From positions 1 to 64,000 of the IMG/VR virus record IMGVR_UViG_3300033977_000108: a stretch of DNA of 64,000 bases; one strand, given 5' to 3'. Shown here piece by piece: positions 33,658 through 42,839 of the stretch. Position numbers and translations under genes: made by a program. The notes under the pieces are model-generated. The model searched no databases and had not been told where the DNA came from. It saw only the letters and a list, made by a program, of their open reading frames with translations. The stretch's first letter is position 1, and every line of letters starts with the position of its first letter.

Positions 33658-33957
33658 GTGAAATGCCAAGCCTATCGCATAGCCAGCGCTAAAGAGCTGT
33701 ATTGTGATCCCTCCTCCCTGAATTGCTTCGACGATATCCGTATGTGTTATTGGAAGGAAGATGACGGGTGGTGGCTTTATATCCCTTATTGTGGCGCCGG
33801 GCGTCTGCATCTACACCAAGTAACCGAGCATGAAGACGGCACTATCACCGTCACCCCTTCTATCCGCATGACAGGCCATCACAACGGTCGGCCTGCCGCC
33901 CATCATGGCTATCTAATCAAAGGAATATGGGAGGGTTGTAATGATGATGGGGTGTAA
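33658..33957 (+). CDS. DUF6527-like metal-binding protein
   Basis: C...H...EDGTITVTPSI...HHGYLIKGIW. Confidence 0.6.
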   Translation: MKCQAYRIASAKELYCDPSSLNCFDDIRMCYWKEDDGWWLYIPYCGAGRLHLHQVTEHEDGTITVTPSIRMTGHHNGRPAAHHGYLIKGIWEGCNDDGV

Positions 33958-34170
33958 AATGGTGGCTCTCTTTGTAGCAGGCACTTTCATCTTCTTTATT
34001 CTCCTGGATGTTATCATCCAGAAGCTCAAGCATAAACTCTAAGTCGTTCTAATATCAGGACATTTTTTGTTTCGGGGGCCAAATTAGGCCATACTAACCA
34101 CGAGTAGAGATATCTAAAAGCAGAGTTGGATGCCCTAAAGAATAAATCTAACCCCGGCGCCGGATAAAAG

Positions 34171-34179
34171 TGATATAAT
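34171..34179 (+). promoter_or_regulatory. Extended -10 promoter
   Basis: TGATATAAT upstream of the phosphatase gene. Confidence 0.55.
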
Positions 34180-34211
34180 ATCCCTTGGTGCGATTATGGC
34201 TGTGACAAGGT

Positions 34212-34685
34212 GTGACTATGGCTGTGACAACGCTTTGGTACCCAGACGGCAACCAGCACTACATAGGGCGGATTATGGACCGCCTATTTGTATCTAACAT
34301 CCATACTGCTAGGGCTTTAGCCCAGATAAACCCTTTTGGTATCCGCTTCGTGGTCAATGCTACTATGTGGCCGGTAGACTTGCCGCCTGATATCCAGGTC
34401 ATAAAACTGGACCTAAAGGACGATGCGGCCATCCCAAAGGAAGTATTATATGCTACACTAGGCTGGATGCACGAAATGATAAAGTATGACCCTGTTCTTG
34501 TTAATTGCTGGGCCGGCCGGTCGCGCTCGGCAGCCATCGTTGCGGCTTATCTTTGCCGCTGCGGTATGGACTGGGAGGAAGCCGAGAGGTTCATAAAGGA
34601 CAAATGGGTAAAGACCAATATACATCCATTGGTGGCCGCCAGCGTAAGAGAAGCTGTGAATGAAATGGCAACAGCCGCGATATAA
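34212..34685 (+). CDS. Dual-specificity (CX5R) phosphatase
   Basis: GIRFVVN, LKDD, VLVNCWAGRSRSAAIVAAYL. Confidence 0.88.
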   Translation: MTMAVTTLWYPDGNQHYIGRIMDRLFVSNIHTARALAQINPFGIRFVVNATMWPVDLPPDIQVIKLDLKDDAAIPKEVLYATLGWMHEMIKYDPVLVNCWAGRSRSAAIVAAYLCRCGMDWEEAERFIKDKWVKTNIHPLVAASVREAVNEMATAAI

Positions 34686-34693
34686 GAGGAGTT

Positions 34694-35227
34694 ATGGAAA
34701 CAAAACTCAAGCAGAAACTGCCGCAACTTCCGAAGCGCGAGCCCACAGCGATTATAAAGCAATGGGTCTGGGAACTGGCTATTCGCGCGCAGAGCACCCT
34801 AATGACAGCCACCCGGGATTATGATGGCGCCACAAGGGATTGGCCTGGACGGCCTATTATAAGGGCTATCAGGGCAATAACCTTGATTAGCGCCGATCCA
34901 CGAGAGAATGACCCGAAACACCCGGCCTATGATCCGAATGCATTTTGTTCAGCACGGCTGGATGAATTAGACCACGCTTTCAAGGAGTTCCTACGGGGCG
35001 TGGAGCCGTTGACACTACATTTTTATGACCATCTAAAAGATGCTTGTGAGATAATTGGCTATAAGTACAAGAAAGACCCGAAAGTGGCGGATGCTTTTCG
35101 CCGGGGCTATGAGGCTATGTGCCATAAAATAGCCATGAATCCGGAAACCGAGGAGCAAATGGACGAGCGCCAAAACGAAGACAGAACGAAACGGCCCAAA
35201 CAGACTAATGTTGATCCGAAGATATAG
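34694..35227 (+). CDS. Conserved phage hypothetical protein
   Basis: W...L..R.QS.L..A.R..D...LHFYDHL..A.EIIGY pattern; SD GAGGAG. Confidence 0.75.
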   Translation: METKLKQKLPQLPKREPTAIIKQWVWELAIRAQSTLMTATRDYDGATRDWPGRPIIRAIRAITLISADPRENDPKHPAYDPNAFCSARLDELDHAFKEFLRGVEPLTLHFYDHLKDACEIIGYKYKKDPKVADAFRRGYEAMCHKIAMNPETEEQMDERQNEDRTKRPKQTNVDPKI

Positions 35228-35423
35228 CCAGCTGTATAGGCTATCTCTATGTTAAATGATGCTATAGATCCGAGCCAGTCTTGCGTAGGGAGCCACCTCC
35301 AGTCTGTGGGAGCAGCCAAAGCCCACAGCGTAGTACAGAGTCTCCAGCACCTCGACACGGCCGTTAAATTAGAATGGTTTATAAACTTGAATAGTTTAGT
35401 AAATTTGATCTGCGAGACAGGCT

Positions 35424-36083
35424 ATGATTCTAGTAAATTCAGAGTTCAATTCAAAAGGCTTCGGTATTAGCCTCCCTTTCAGGCCCCCGCGCCAACGCTC
35501 TTCCTTTGATCCCAACTATCCGTATGGACAGCCGCAGGAGATTGATTATAGTCTCTTGGACCAGGCTGGCGTGGAGTTGGTACAAGAGATGAATCGTCAT
35601 CCTTGGCTTGCTACGGTGGATTATTGTTCCGGGCACCCAAGCGACCGCCCGCCATCAGAAAATACACCAATCTCTATAGCCAGAGACGAGCTCGCTGCTC
35701 GCTTTATGCCTAATGCATTTAGATGGAATTATTGGGAAGAGATAAAGGGATGTATGGATGCCTATGTGGCTGGCAATAAGAGTAAAACAGATTATCTTAT
35801 AGCCAGAAATGGTCTAACCGAGCTTTCAAAGACTACACTGCGTATTGCTATGTTTGTAGGCTCTTTGAAGCCTTTTATATACTGGATGCGGCTGGTTTTT
35901 ATGGGCATTTCCGCGGCTTTTCTTGGCCTACCAGAATACGAGATGCCAAAACTCACGCTAAATCCAATGAAGTGTGCGAAGCATGAATTGAATTTCATCT
36001 TTGAGTTTGAATACTTTGGGGTGGCGCACCGCCAGGTTGTTCATGATATTATGCTGGACGCCTTGCGTGAAATCCCCCTATAA
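35424..36083 (+). CDS. Hypothetical protein with TYW3-like N-terminal signature
   Basis: LDQAGVELVQEMNRHPWLATVDYCSGH resembles D..I..LV..LN......T..SCSG(R/H). Confidence 0.5.
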   Translation: MILVNSEFNSKGFGISLPFRPPRQRSSFDPNYPYGQPQEIDYSLLDQAGVELVQEMNRHPWLATVDYCSGHPSDRPPSENTPISIARDELAARFMPNAFRWNYWEEIKGCMDAYVAGNKSKTDYLIARNGLTELSKTTLRIAMFVGSLKPFIYWMRLVFMGISAAFLGLPEYEMPKLTLNPMKCAKHELNFIFEFEYFGVAHRQVVHDIMLDALREIPL

Positions 36084-36091
36084 GGTATAAT
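36063..36091 (+). promoter_or_regulatory. Sigma70-type promoter, leaderless start at 36098
   Basis: TTGCGT-17 nt-TATAAT with ATG 6 nt downstream. Confidence 0.7.
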
Positions 36092-36097
36092 AAATAC

Positions 36098-36565
36098 ATG
36101 GACCAGCAACAAATAAGCAACATCGTTAGTTCCGCTATTTCAGCAAACTTGCCAGCAGCCAATCTTTCGGCTGCTTTCGTCGGTCAGGTTGGGGAGGATT
36201 ATCAATTTACTGTATCCCCGATGCCTTTCACAACGGGGAATTCTACTACAGGCCCAATCCCACCACCTGCGACCACCTGGTATGTTATAACCACGCCCAT
36301 TCTTACAACTATGGGTGGTGCAGCTCAGAATGGTATGTGGTTACCTCCTAGCCCAGCGCCTCTACCCATAGACTCGCCTGTGCCTATGACACCGGAGCAA
36401 CTACAACAGCTTTATGAGATGCTCAAGCAACCGGTAATTATAGGAGATAAGGAACTGGAAAGGGCTGCTAAACAGGAACTACAGCGCGAGCCGACCCAAG
36501 AAGAGATGGATGAAATAAAAAGGATGATACTCGACCGACGAGATAATGGTGAACGGATTCTATAA
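36098..36565 (+). CDS. Pro/Thr-rich protein with C-terminal PxQEE motif
   Basis: C-terminus EPTQEEMDEIKRMILDRRDNGERIL. Confidence 0.7.
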   Translation: MDQQQISNIVSSAISANLPAANLSAAFVGQVGEDYQFTVSPMPFTTGNSTTGPIPPPATTWYVITTPILTTMGGAAQNGMWLPPSPAPLPIDSPVPMTPEQLQQLYEMLKQPVIIGDKELERAAKQELQREPTQEEMDEIKRMILDRRDNGERIL

Positions 36566-37095
36566 TGTCAGATATGGACTACAAGACGCCTCCTGGATGC
36601 GTACCAAAGGATGCCTATTTTCCCAATGTAATGAGCATAGTGACGGAATCGGGGAAAATGGAATACATTAAAGGCCCTGGGGTGGGGAATCCTCCGATGA
36701 ATACTTCCCATTGGGGACCAAAGGGAATTACACACCTAGCTGATTACGCAAATCCAGTGAATACTTCCCATATCTATGAGTATTGCAGCATCTGGAGACC
36801 AGCGGGACTTACAAGCTCAGCTGATTATTTAGGTCCAGCCGGAGTGACAGGCTACACAGGACCAGTTGGTGTTACTGGTTCCTTAGGTCAAACCGGAATG
36901 ATGGGATCAATAGGACCAGTTGGTGTTACTGGTACAGAGGCCTGGTTTTCTGAGATCGTATTTGAGGAAGTTTCTATAGATAAGGCGCCAGCAGGAGATA
37001 GCGGAGTGCTTGAATACATCCCATCTCAGGAAGAACTGGAAACTATACGGAGGGACATACTTATCAGGCAGTTAGACGATGAGAGATTGATTTGA
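36565..37095 (+). CDS. Protein with short collagen-like repeat and C-terminal PxQEE motif
   Basis: GPAGVTGYTGPVGVTG...; C-terminus IPSQEELETIRRDILIRQLDDERLI. Confidence 0.7.
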   Translation: MSDMDYKTPPGCVPKDAYFPNVMSIVTESGKMEYIKGPGVGNPPMNTSHWGPKGITHLADYANPVNTSHIYEYCSIWRPAGLTSSADYLGPAGVTGYTGPVGVTGSLGQTGMMGSIGPVGVTGTEAWFSEIVFEEVSIDKAPAGDSGVLEYIPSQEELETIRRDILIRQLDDERLI

Positions 37096-37901
37096 TGTTA
37101 GAGGATAAGCCAATACGAAGCTCTCCCGCCGAGACAGGTATTCAGCCGGCGCCAGAAGCCCCACCTTTAGACGCTTTGTTCAAAGCGCCGGCACCTGCCC
37201 CAGACCCAGAGCCAAAACCACCCTCTGATGACCTGACAGCTATTGTACCTATTGGTGTGCCCAAGGACTTATTGAAGCTATTGCCTATGGCAGAATTGAA
37301 TCTGTCTCCTGAACAGGCGGCTATTGTCGCGCGTTACCATGAAGCCAATGTGGTTCTTGGGGCCGCAGGCCAGATACTTATTTGTTCCGAAGCCTGCCCG
37401 TTCAAAAAGCGCTGTCCGCTCTATAAAATAGGCAAGGCTCCCTTCTGTTATCCATGTCCCTTTGAAGCGAACTATGCCGTAGAACGCTTCGCCGCTTGGT
37501 TGAAAGTCATTGTTCCGCCAGGTCAGCACATGACCGAGACCGAGCGTTCAACAATCGCAACATTGACTTATTTAGACATAGACGAATTGCGTTGTCGCAA
37601 CATCTTAGCCGACGCCGAGAATGCCAAGCTAACATCCTTAGTTGTCAGGGACTTAGACATAGAAACCAAGACGCCCCTGGCCTATGAAGAAGTAATAGCC
37701 GCCAACTCAGAAAGACTAAGCAAAATCCTCTATGAGAGGATGACCATCCTCAACGCTTTCGAGCTAACCCCAAGAGAAAAGACCCGCAAGAACAAATTCG
37801 CAAAGAAGACCGGCAGCGACCTGGCATCTAGACAATCCGCGGCAGCCGATAGAATAAGACAGACATCTATCGACGCCGAGATTGTCGAAGAGTCAGAATA
37901 A
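37092..37901 (+). CDS. Cys-cluster helical protein (candidate terminase small subunit)
   Basis: CSEACPFKKRCP..CYPCPFE; basic C-terminal helix; TerS assignment rests on position only. Confidence 0.45.
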   Translation: MMLEDKPIRSSPAETGIQPAPEAPPLDALFKAPAPAPDPEPKPPSDDLTAIVPIGVPKDLLKLLPMAELNLSPEQAAIVARYHEANVVLGAAGQILICSEACPFKKRCPLYKIGKAPFCYPCPFEANYAVERFAAWLKVIVPPGQHMTETERSTIATLTYLDIDELRCRNILADAENAKLTSLVVRDLDIETKTPLAYEEVIAANSERLSKILYERMTILNAFELTPREKTRKNKFAKKTGSDLASRQSAAADRIRQTSIDAEIVEESE

Positions 37902-40261
37902 TGCCACTTTTAGCTTTCACTTCACGTTTTCTCAAAGCCAATCCGACCTTTATAAAGGACATTACAGGTGTGCCTATTCAATTCCCGGGCTTGCCGGAAA
38001 GTGGAGAGGCTCAGCGCCGTCGCAGGCAATATACGGATTTTGGTTCTGGATGGCAGGGTTTCCTAAAACAAGAGGGAGTTAACGAGAAGAAAACAAAGAG
38101 GAAAAAAGCAGGGAAATCGCTCATAAGGATTGCTGCTGAGCTTAATGCGCTGCAGGTAGCTCTTTTTCCTCTGGAATCCGCAATGTCTGCGGCTATGTTT
38201 CTACAAAATCGGCCTTTTTTCAAGTTGCTATTTGATTGGAGAAAGGTCGGAAGCGAAGAAGGTAAGATAGCTTGGACGCAACTTGCTTCGCAGCATTATG
38301 GTTTGGATAGGAAGGCAAACTTATATCCTAGTGCTTTTGGTGGCCTTGAAACTTCCAATTTAATTGAAACTGGTAAATATAAACCTTATGTCAGTTTTCT
38401 AAGAAAGTTCTCACAATGGAACTATCGTTTACTTGGCGGTAATTATGCATACCGCGGTGTGCTAGGAAAACAAGCCGAGGACATATTACAGTCTGTTGAG
38501 AAAATAGGCAAGGCCACTGTTGATTTGAATGCTTTATCGGCTTGGTCAACTAATCCGGTGGTGGCAGGTCGGTTTGCTGCGAGTTCCAATCCAGATCCAG
38601 CGCTCAGTTGGTTGGCTACGGATGCTGGTGTTGTAATAAAGCGCCGTGTATCTGCGAAAGATGTGTGGTTTTTCTCTCCAACAATTGGTGGTTCTCCATC
38701 CGAAGTAGTAGTTGGGACTGCAACTGGTAAGATAGAAGTTACGGCTAAAGATATATTCAAACTGCCACGCGGAAGTGCAGAAGCGCCGTTCGGTGTATTC
38801 GGCCCTACATTTTATAAAGATGCTATGCGATGGAAGCTGCATCTTTGGGGAGATTGGAATCCAAGAAGTCTAGGATTTGCTCACATTTTACCGACGGCTA
38901 TTGTTGCCGGAGCCGCGTATTTCTTGTATAAGCACGGCAGGAACAAATCTCTCAACGAAATAGAAGCATTATCACACGGTGGTGAGTCTGCAAGTTCAAG
39001 ACGTAAGCATTCTGACTTTGGATCGGGATGGCGTGGATTATTAGAGGCATTAGCCACACGTGGTAGAATTGCATTGAATTTAGGTCTAACGGGACCTACA
39101 GGTTTAACTTACACAGTAAAAGAATTGGATGCCTTGAGACTGGCTCAGAGCCTGGCAATTAGACGCAGTGGTCTTTCAGCAGCTAGAATCCAGCGTGTTT
39201 CAAAAGATATTCTGAGATTAGCCCCAAGTCAGTTCTCTAATATAAGCGAAATAGAAGCTATACGACCTAATAGGTTGGGCTATGAAAGGATTAGGGCTCT
39301 AAACAGATGGTCACGCGCAACAGGAATGCCTGGTATTTTATTGAATGAAATACAAATGAAGGCCATGACCCCAGGTACGGTAGCAGAAATACTGAGACAC
39401 GAAGAAATACATGCTGCCCAATTTGCCGCCTATGGACATCCATTCTTTGCAAAACTAAGGAAGGAAACCGGTGGTATTCTTAATGAATTGATCTATGCTG
39501 TCCAACAGCCAAAGGCACAGGCTTATGCTCGCAAACAGGCAGGATTCATGTCACGGGGAAGAGCGGAGATGCCATGGATACCTAAGCTAGACCCAGAACG
39601 CATGGCTGAGGACATCTTAGTTCGATATGTGGATCTCACAAGCTCTTTTTACACACGACAAGGCATTAATCTTATAGAATCTAAGCAGTTCGGGACGTTG
39701 AATAGGATGCTTGAATCCGAGCCTATTGCTTATCATTTCCAGTCGAATCCACAAATAATGAAAGAGATGGAAAAAGCTGGTATAGAAACTACCAGAACTG
39801 CAACGCAGAAACTGAGACATAGCCTGCAGGAAAAGGGGATTGCCCCTCAACTTAGACGTAGATTGACAGATTTCGGCTCCGGCTGGCAAGGCATTTTACG
39901 CGCGGTTAAAGGCTTTCGGCAAGAAGGCGTGGTCTTCAAAGTACATCCTGAGAACTTCCTGCGCAAAGTCGGCGGCAATGTAGGAGTAAAAAGAAGCGTA
40001 ATAGAGGAACTTAAAGACAAGCTGCTCAGAGGAATACAGCTGGACCCAGGAGAGATACATTTTGATGAGTTTGGCAATGTGATAGGAGCCGAGGGACGGC
40101 ACCGGGCAACGGCTTATATGGAACTGGGCAGACAGATGCCTGTCCGTCGCATGGTAAGAGCTTCTGACATCATGCGCACTGGAGAGGGCTATGATGCAAC
40201 TACTATGCTTTCACGGCGGGTCCATGTGAGAGGTTCAAGGGAAATGTCCCACGCCCTGTAA
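37901..40261 (+). CDS. Modular polyvalent-like protein: ART-like, HExxH zincin and ParB-like domains separated by DFGSGW repeats
   Basis: YRG..SAWSTNPVVAGRFA..SEVVV; ILRHEEIHAAQ; AEGRHRATAY; DFGSGW at aa 46, 372 and 657. Confidence 0.75.
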   Translation: MPLLAFTSRFLKANPTFIKDITGVPIQFPGLPESGEAQRRRRQYTDFGSGWQGFLKQEGVNEKKTKRKKAGKSLIRIAAELNALQVALFPLESAMSAAMFLQNRPFFKLLFDWRKVGSEEGKIAWTQLASQHYGLDRKANLYPSAFGGLETSNLIETGKYKPYVSFLRKFSQWNYRLLGGNYAYRGVLGKQAEDILQSVEKIGKATVDLNALSAWSTNPVVAGRFAASSNPDPALSWLATDAGVVIKRRVSAKDVWFFSPTIGGSPSEVVVGTATGKIEVTAKDIFKLPRGSAEAPFGVFGPTFYKDAMRWKLHLWGDWNPRSLGFAHILPTAIVAGAAYFLYKHGRNKSLNEIEALSHGGESASSRRKHSDFGSGWRGLLEALATRGRIALNLGLTGPTGLTYTVKELDALRLAQSLAIRRSGLSAARIQRVSKDILRLAPSQFSNISEIEAIRPNRLGYERIRALNRWSRATGMPGILLNEIQMKAMTPGTVAEILRHEEIHAAQFAAYGHPFFAKLRKETGGILNELIYAVQQPKAQAYARKQAGFMSRGRAEMPWIPKLDPERMAEDILVRYVDLTSSFYTRQGINLIESKQFGTLNRMLESEPIAYHFQSNPQIMKEMEKAGIETTRTATQKLRHSLQEKGIAPQLRRRLTDFGSGWQGILRAVKGFRQEGVVFKVHPENFLRKVGGNVGVKRSVIEELKDKLLRGIQLDPGEIHFDEFGNVIGAEGRHRATAYMELGRQMPVRRMVRASDIMRTGEGYDATTMLSRRVHVRGSREMSHAL

Positions 40262-40278
40262 ATCAAAGAAATCGCAGA

Positions 40279-40292
40279 CTATACTAACCAGG
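40279..40292 (+). promoter_or_regulatory. CTATACTAACCAGG motif copy 2 (putative late promoter)
   Basis: Intergenic, 15 nt upstream of the 40308 ATG. Confidence 0.65.
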
Positions 40293-40307
40293 CAGAGAAG
40301 GTGACAT

Positions 40308-40964
40308 ATGCCAGCATTTGCTTCTTTAACTAGAGCTTTTGGACAGTTTCGTGGGTTATTCAATGACATTGGTGCAGCTGCATCTGCCGCGGGTCGAGAT
40401 CTGCTCACTTCAACCAGAGTCGCAAAGTCTTCCACTATTGCAGATATGGAGCCGTTCTTGGCAAGGGCGGTGGGCACACCAACCCGTGCCAATATATTGG
40501 GCGCAGCGAGAGGCATGGGACGCACAATCTGGGGGAACCCAGCAACACGTACTATGGCCGTCGGCGCTGGTGCGGGCGCGGGAATCGGTGGTCTATACGG
40601 CCTGAGTTCTGATAGACATCCCTATTTAAAGGGCTATGTGGGCTCGAACCTGGGTGCGCTTGGAGGACTCACAGCGGGTGCTGCGTTTGCTGGACGTGGG
40701 GGCATGGCAGCTGCCGCAAGACTCGGTTTTGGAGCACGGCACGTTGGAGCGGCTGCCGAGACTATAGGGCAAATGGGTTTTGATTTTGCTGCCGCTGCCA
40801 GGGCGGGGCGTGTAGGTATACCACCTATCCAACCGTTTCAGATGGGCTTCACCTTCGGTCAATATGGCATGCATGTACCAGGAGCCCCTCGAACGGCTCC
40901 GGGCTTATGGGGTAGCACCGTAAATAGGCTTGGGAATATAGTTGGACGCATGCGAGGCTTATAA
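40308..40964 (+). CDS. Gly/Ala-rich glycine-zipper protein (candidate ejection/pilot protein)
   Basis: GAGAGAGIGGLYG, GSNLGALGGLTAGAAFAG. Confidence 0.65.
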   Translation: MPAFASLTRAFGQFRGLFNDIGAAASAAGRDLLTSTRVAKSSTIADMEPFLARAVGTPTRANILGAARGMGRTIWGNPATRTMAVGAGAGAGIGGLYGLSSDRHPYLKGYVGSNLGALGGLTAGAAFAGRGGMAAAARLGFGARHVGAAAETIGQMGFDFAAAARAGRVGIPPIQPFQMGFTFGQYGMHVPGAPRTAPGLWGSTVNRLGNIVGRMRGL

Positions 40965-41065
40965 TGCCTGCGGACCAAGAAACTGGTATGGTATGGCCAA
41001 TCGTTTCAATAGGATAGGGCACGCCACCAGAGCCGGTGCAAGGTCCCTGTTCTAATCTGTGATTT

Positions 41066-41851
41066 ATGCCACCTATTCAGAACTATGCAAAAGCATTCTG
41101 GGGCTTTTTTAGGTCATCCATCAAGTCAGAGGAGCCTATCTTCCGCCTTGCTGCGGGGGCAGGCTATGGTTTGAGCGCAGCCCATGTAGGAGACCGCCTT
41201 TTCATTGGTGCGGCGGGCGGCGCCGCATTAGGCGGTATCTTTGGAGACCGCGAGGCTCCTTTATCTACAAGATTGCTCCACGGAGCCGCTCTGGGTGCTG
41301 GCATTGGTCTTTTTATAGCGCCGATAGGTTATGGTATTGGAAAAGCCGGTCAATGGACCTATAGGACGGGGCGCTGGTCTACTGGCTTTGCTGGCCGTCG
41401 TATGGCCGCAGCAGGACGAAGATGGATGGCTGGCACAGGTCCTTGGTATAGCCCAGGCAGGGCATATAAAGCATTTGGTACTTTTGGCTTGATGATGGGC
41501 GCTGGTGCCATTGCTGGCGGAGCGATTGGCGCCTATGAAGGGCATCCAGTCCGGGGCGCCCTTATTGGCGCTGGTGCTGGATTGGGCCTCCGAGTTGGCA
41601 CTGGCATAGCTCGCCAATGGTCGCAGTCTGGTTTTCTGGGTAAAACGGCCCTTACGGCTGGTGGCGTAGGCCTTGCCTATGGTATCACATCTGCTCTACA
41701 GGGACCGGATTTATCCCAATCGGTGGCCCTGGCCCCTGATGTGGCCGGCTTGCCCGAATATGGGCCGCCAGGCTCTGGAGTGCGTGCCAGAATGGATGCT
41801 ATGCAGGCTTCCGGTGACATCGTATTAGGACTTCACAATCGGCGTAGATAA
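41066..41851 (+). CDS. Gly-zipper membrane-associated virion protein
   Basis: GAAGGAALGGIFG, GAALGAGIG, GAGAIAGGAIG; C-terminal A.GD.VL.LHNRR. Confidence 0.7.
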   Translation: MPPIQNYAKAFWGFFRSSIKSEEPIFRLAAGAGYGLSAAHVGDRLFIGAAGGAALGGIFGDREAPLSTRLLHGAALGAGIGLFIAPIGYGIGKAGQWTYRTGRWSTGFAGRRMAAAGRRWMAGTGPWYSPGRAYKAFGTFGLMMGAGAIAGGAIGAYEGHPVRGALIGAGAGLGLRVGTGIARQWSQSGFLGKTALTAGGVGLAYGITSALQGPDLSQSVALAPDVAGLPEYGPPGSGVRARMDAMQASGDIVLGLHNRRR

Positions 41852-42417
41852 TGCCTAACATCGTTCCTCTTTTAGCACTCTCAGATGACGTTGTGCGTCT
41901 AGCCTATCAGACGCACGAATGGACTGGCTGGGATTATAATCGTCAGCGTTTTCGCCGGCCGGAGTCAGATGAATATGATTGGGATGAATTACGCTGGGCC
42001 CAGGGCGCTTTGACAAATCTAACACCAGCCAGCTTCAGCGTAAAGCACCGCCCCAGAGGCGAATTTATAAGCAGAACAATCGGTACTACGACTTCTCTTT
42101 GTATTATGTTGCAGGCGCCTTTTGCTATGGCACCACTACTGCGTATGGGCATTCCAATGCTGGGCATAACCGGCTCAAAAGCAGTTTCAATGTTTGCGAC
42201 TCTATATCCAGCTATTGGTCTGGGGAACTTTGCAACCCGCGCCGTTCGCTACATGGCCAACTACGGCTATCATATGAGGCGGATTGAAATGGGCGGGGAT
42301 TATGAGGATAGCGCCACTGCCGCGGCTTTACGCTTTGCCGCCCTTCGGGACATGAGCGCGGCCCACGGCATAGCAAGAAGCTATTTGGGGCGTGAAGCTC
42401 TATATTTGAACAGATAA
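41851..42417 (+). CDS. Hypothetical virion protein
   Basis: TAATG coupling; amphipathic C-terminal half. Confidence 0.65.
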   Translation: MPNIVPLLALSDDVVRLAYQTHEWTGWDYNRQRFRRPESDEYDWDELRWAQGALTNLTPASFSVKHRPRGEFISRTIGTTTSLCIMLQAPFAMAPLLRMGIPMLGITGSKAVSMFATLYPAIGLGNFATRAVRYMANYGYHMRRIEMGGDYEDSATAAALRFAALRDMSAAHGIARSYLGREALYLNR

Positions 42418-42418
42418 C

Positions 42419-42661
42419 ATGAATCAACCAGTAAATCGCATCCTTTCTACATTGAAAACCCACTGGCCTTATGCTGTTGCGGGTGCTGCTGGTTTAGGTC
42501 TGGCGGGTTACATGACCCGCAAAATAAGAGCGCGCCAAAGAGGAAACGCTGCCATTGCTGATTTGATGGCTTATAGTCGGGGATTCGATGCCAATAAAGA
42601 ACGAATCTTTGCCGAGGTTCAGAGGAATCCAGATCGGTTTTTCAACCGGCGGATGCGCTAA
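42419..42661 (+). CDS. Small TM protein
   Basis: YAVAGAAGLGLAGY. Confidence 0.6.
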   Translation: MNQPVNRILSTLKTHWPYAVAGAAGLGLAGYMTRKIRARQRGNAAIADLMAYSRGFDANKERIFAEVQRNPDRFFNRRMR

Positions 42662-42837
42662 TGCAGCAATGGGTAGACATCAACAGATACATGGATGTAT
42701 CTGAAGACGAAATATATGTTATATATTTGCAGCGCTATGCTCATTGTCGGCTAGGATACGAGGTAAGCGTTTTACGAGAGGGGCCTCCCCGAATATGGCG
42801 GTGGTCCTTGAAATGGATTGAAGTAATCGAGGAGTAA
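42661..42837 (+). CDS. Hypothetical protein (58 aa)
   Basis: Own translation MQQWVDINRY...; TAATG coupling. Confidence 0.5.
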   Translation: MQQWVDINRYMDVSEDEIYVIYLQRYAHCRLGYEVSVLREGPPRIWRWSLKWIEVIEE

Positions 42838-42839
42838 AT

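Noticed and set aside
34195-34230. Duplicated TATGGCTGTGACAA at the phosphatase start
   Set aside because: A local 14-nt duplication giving alternative start codons; no evidence of a wider role.
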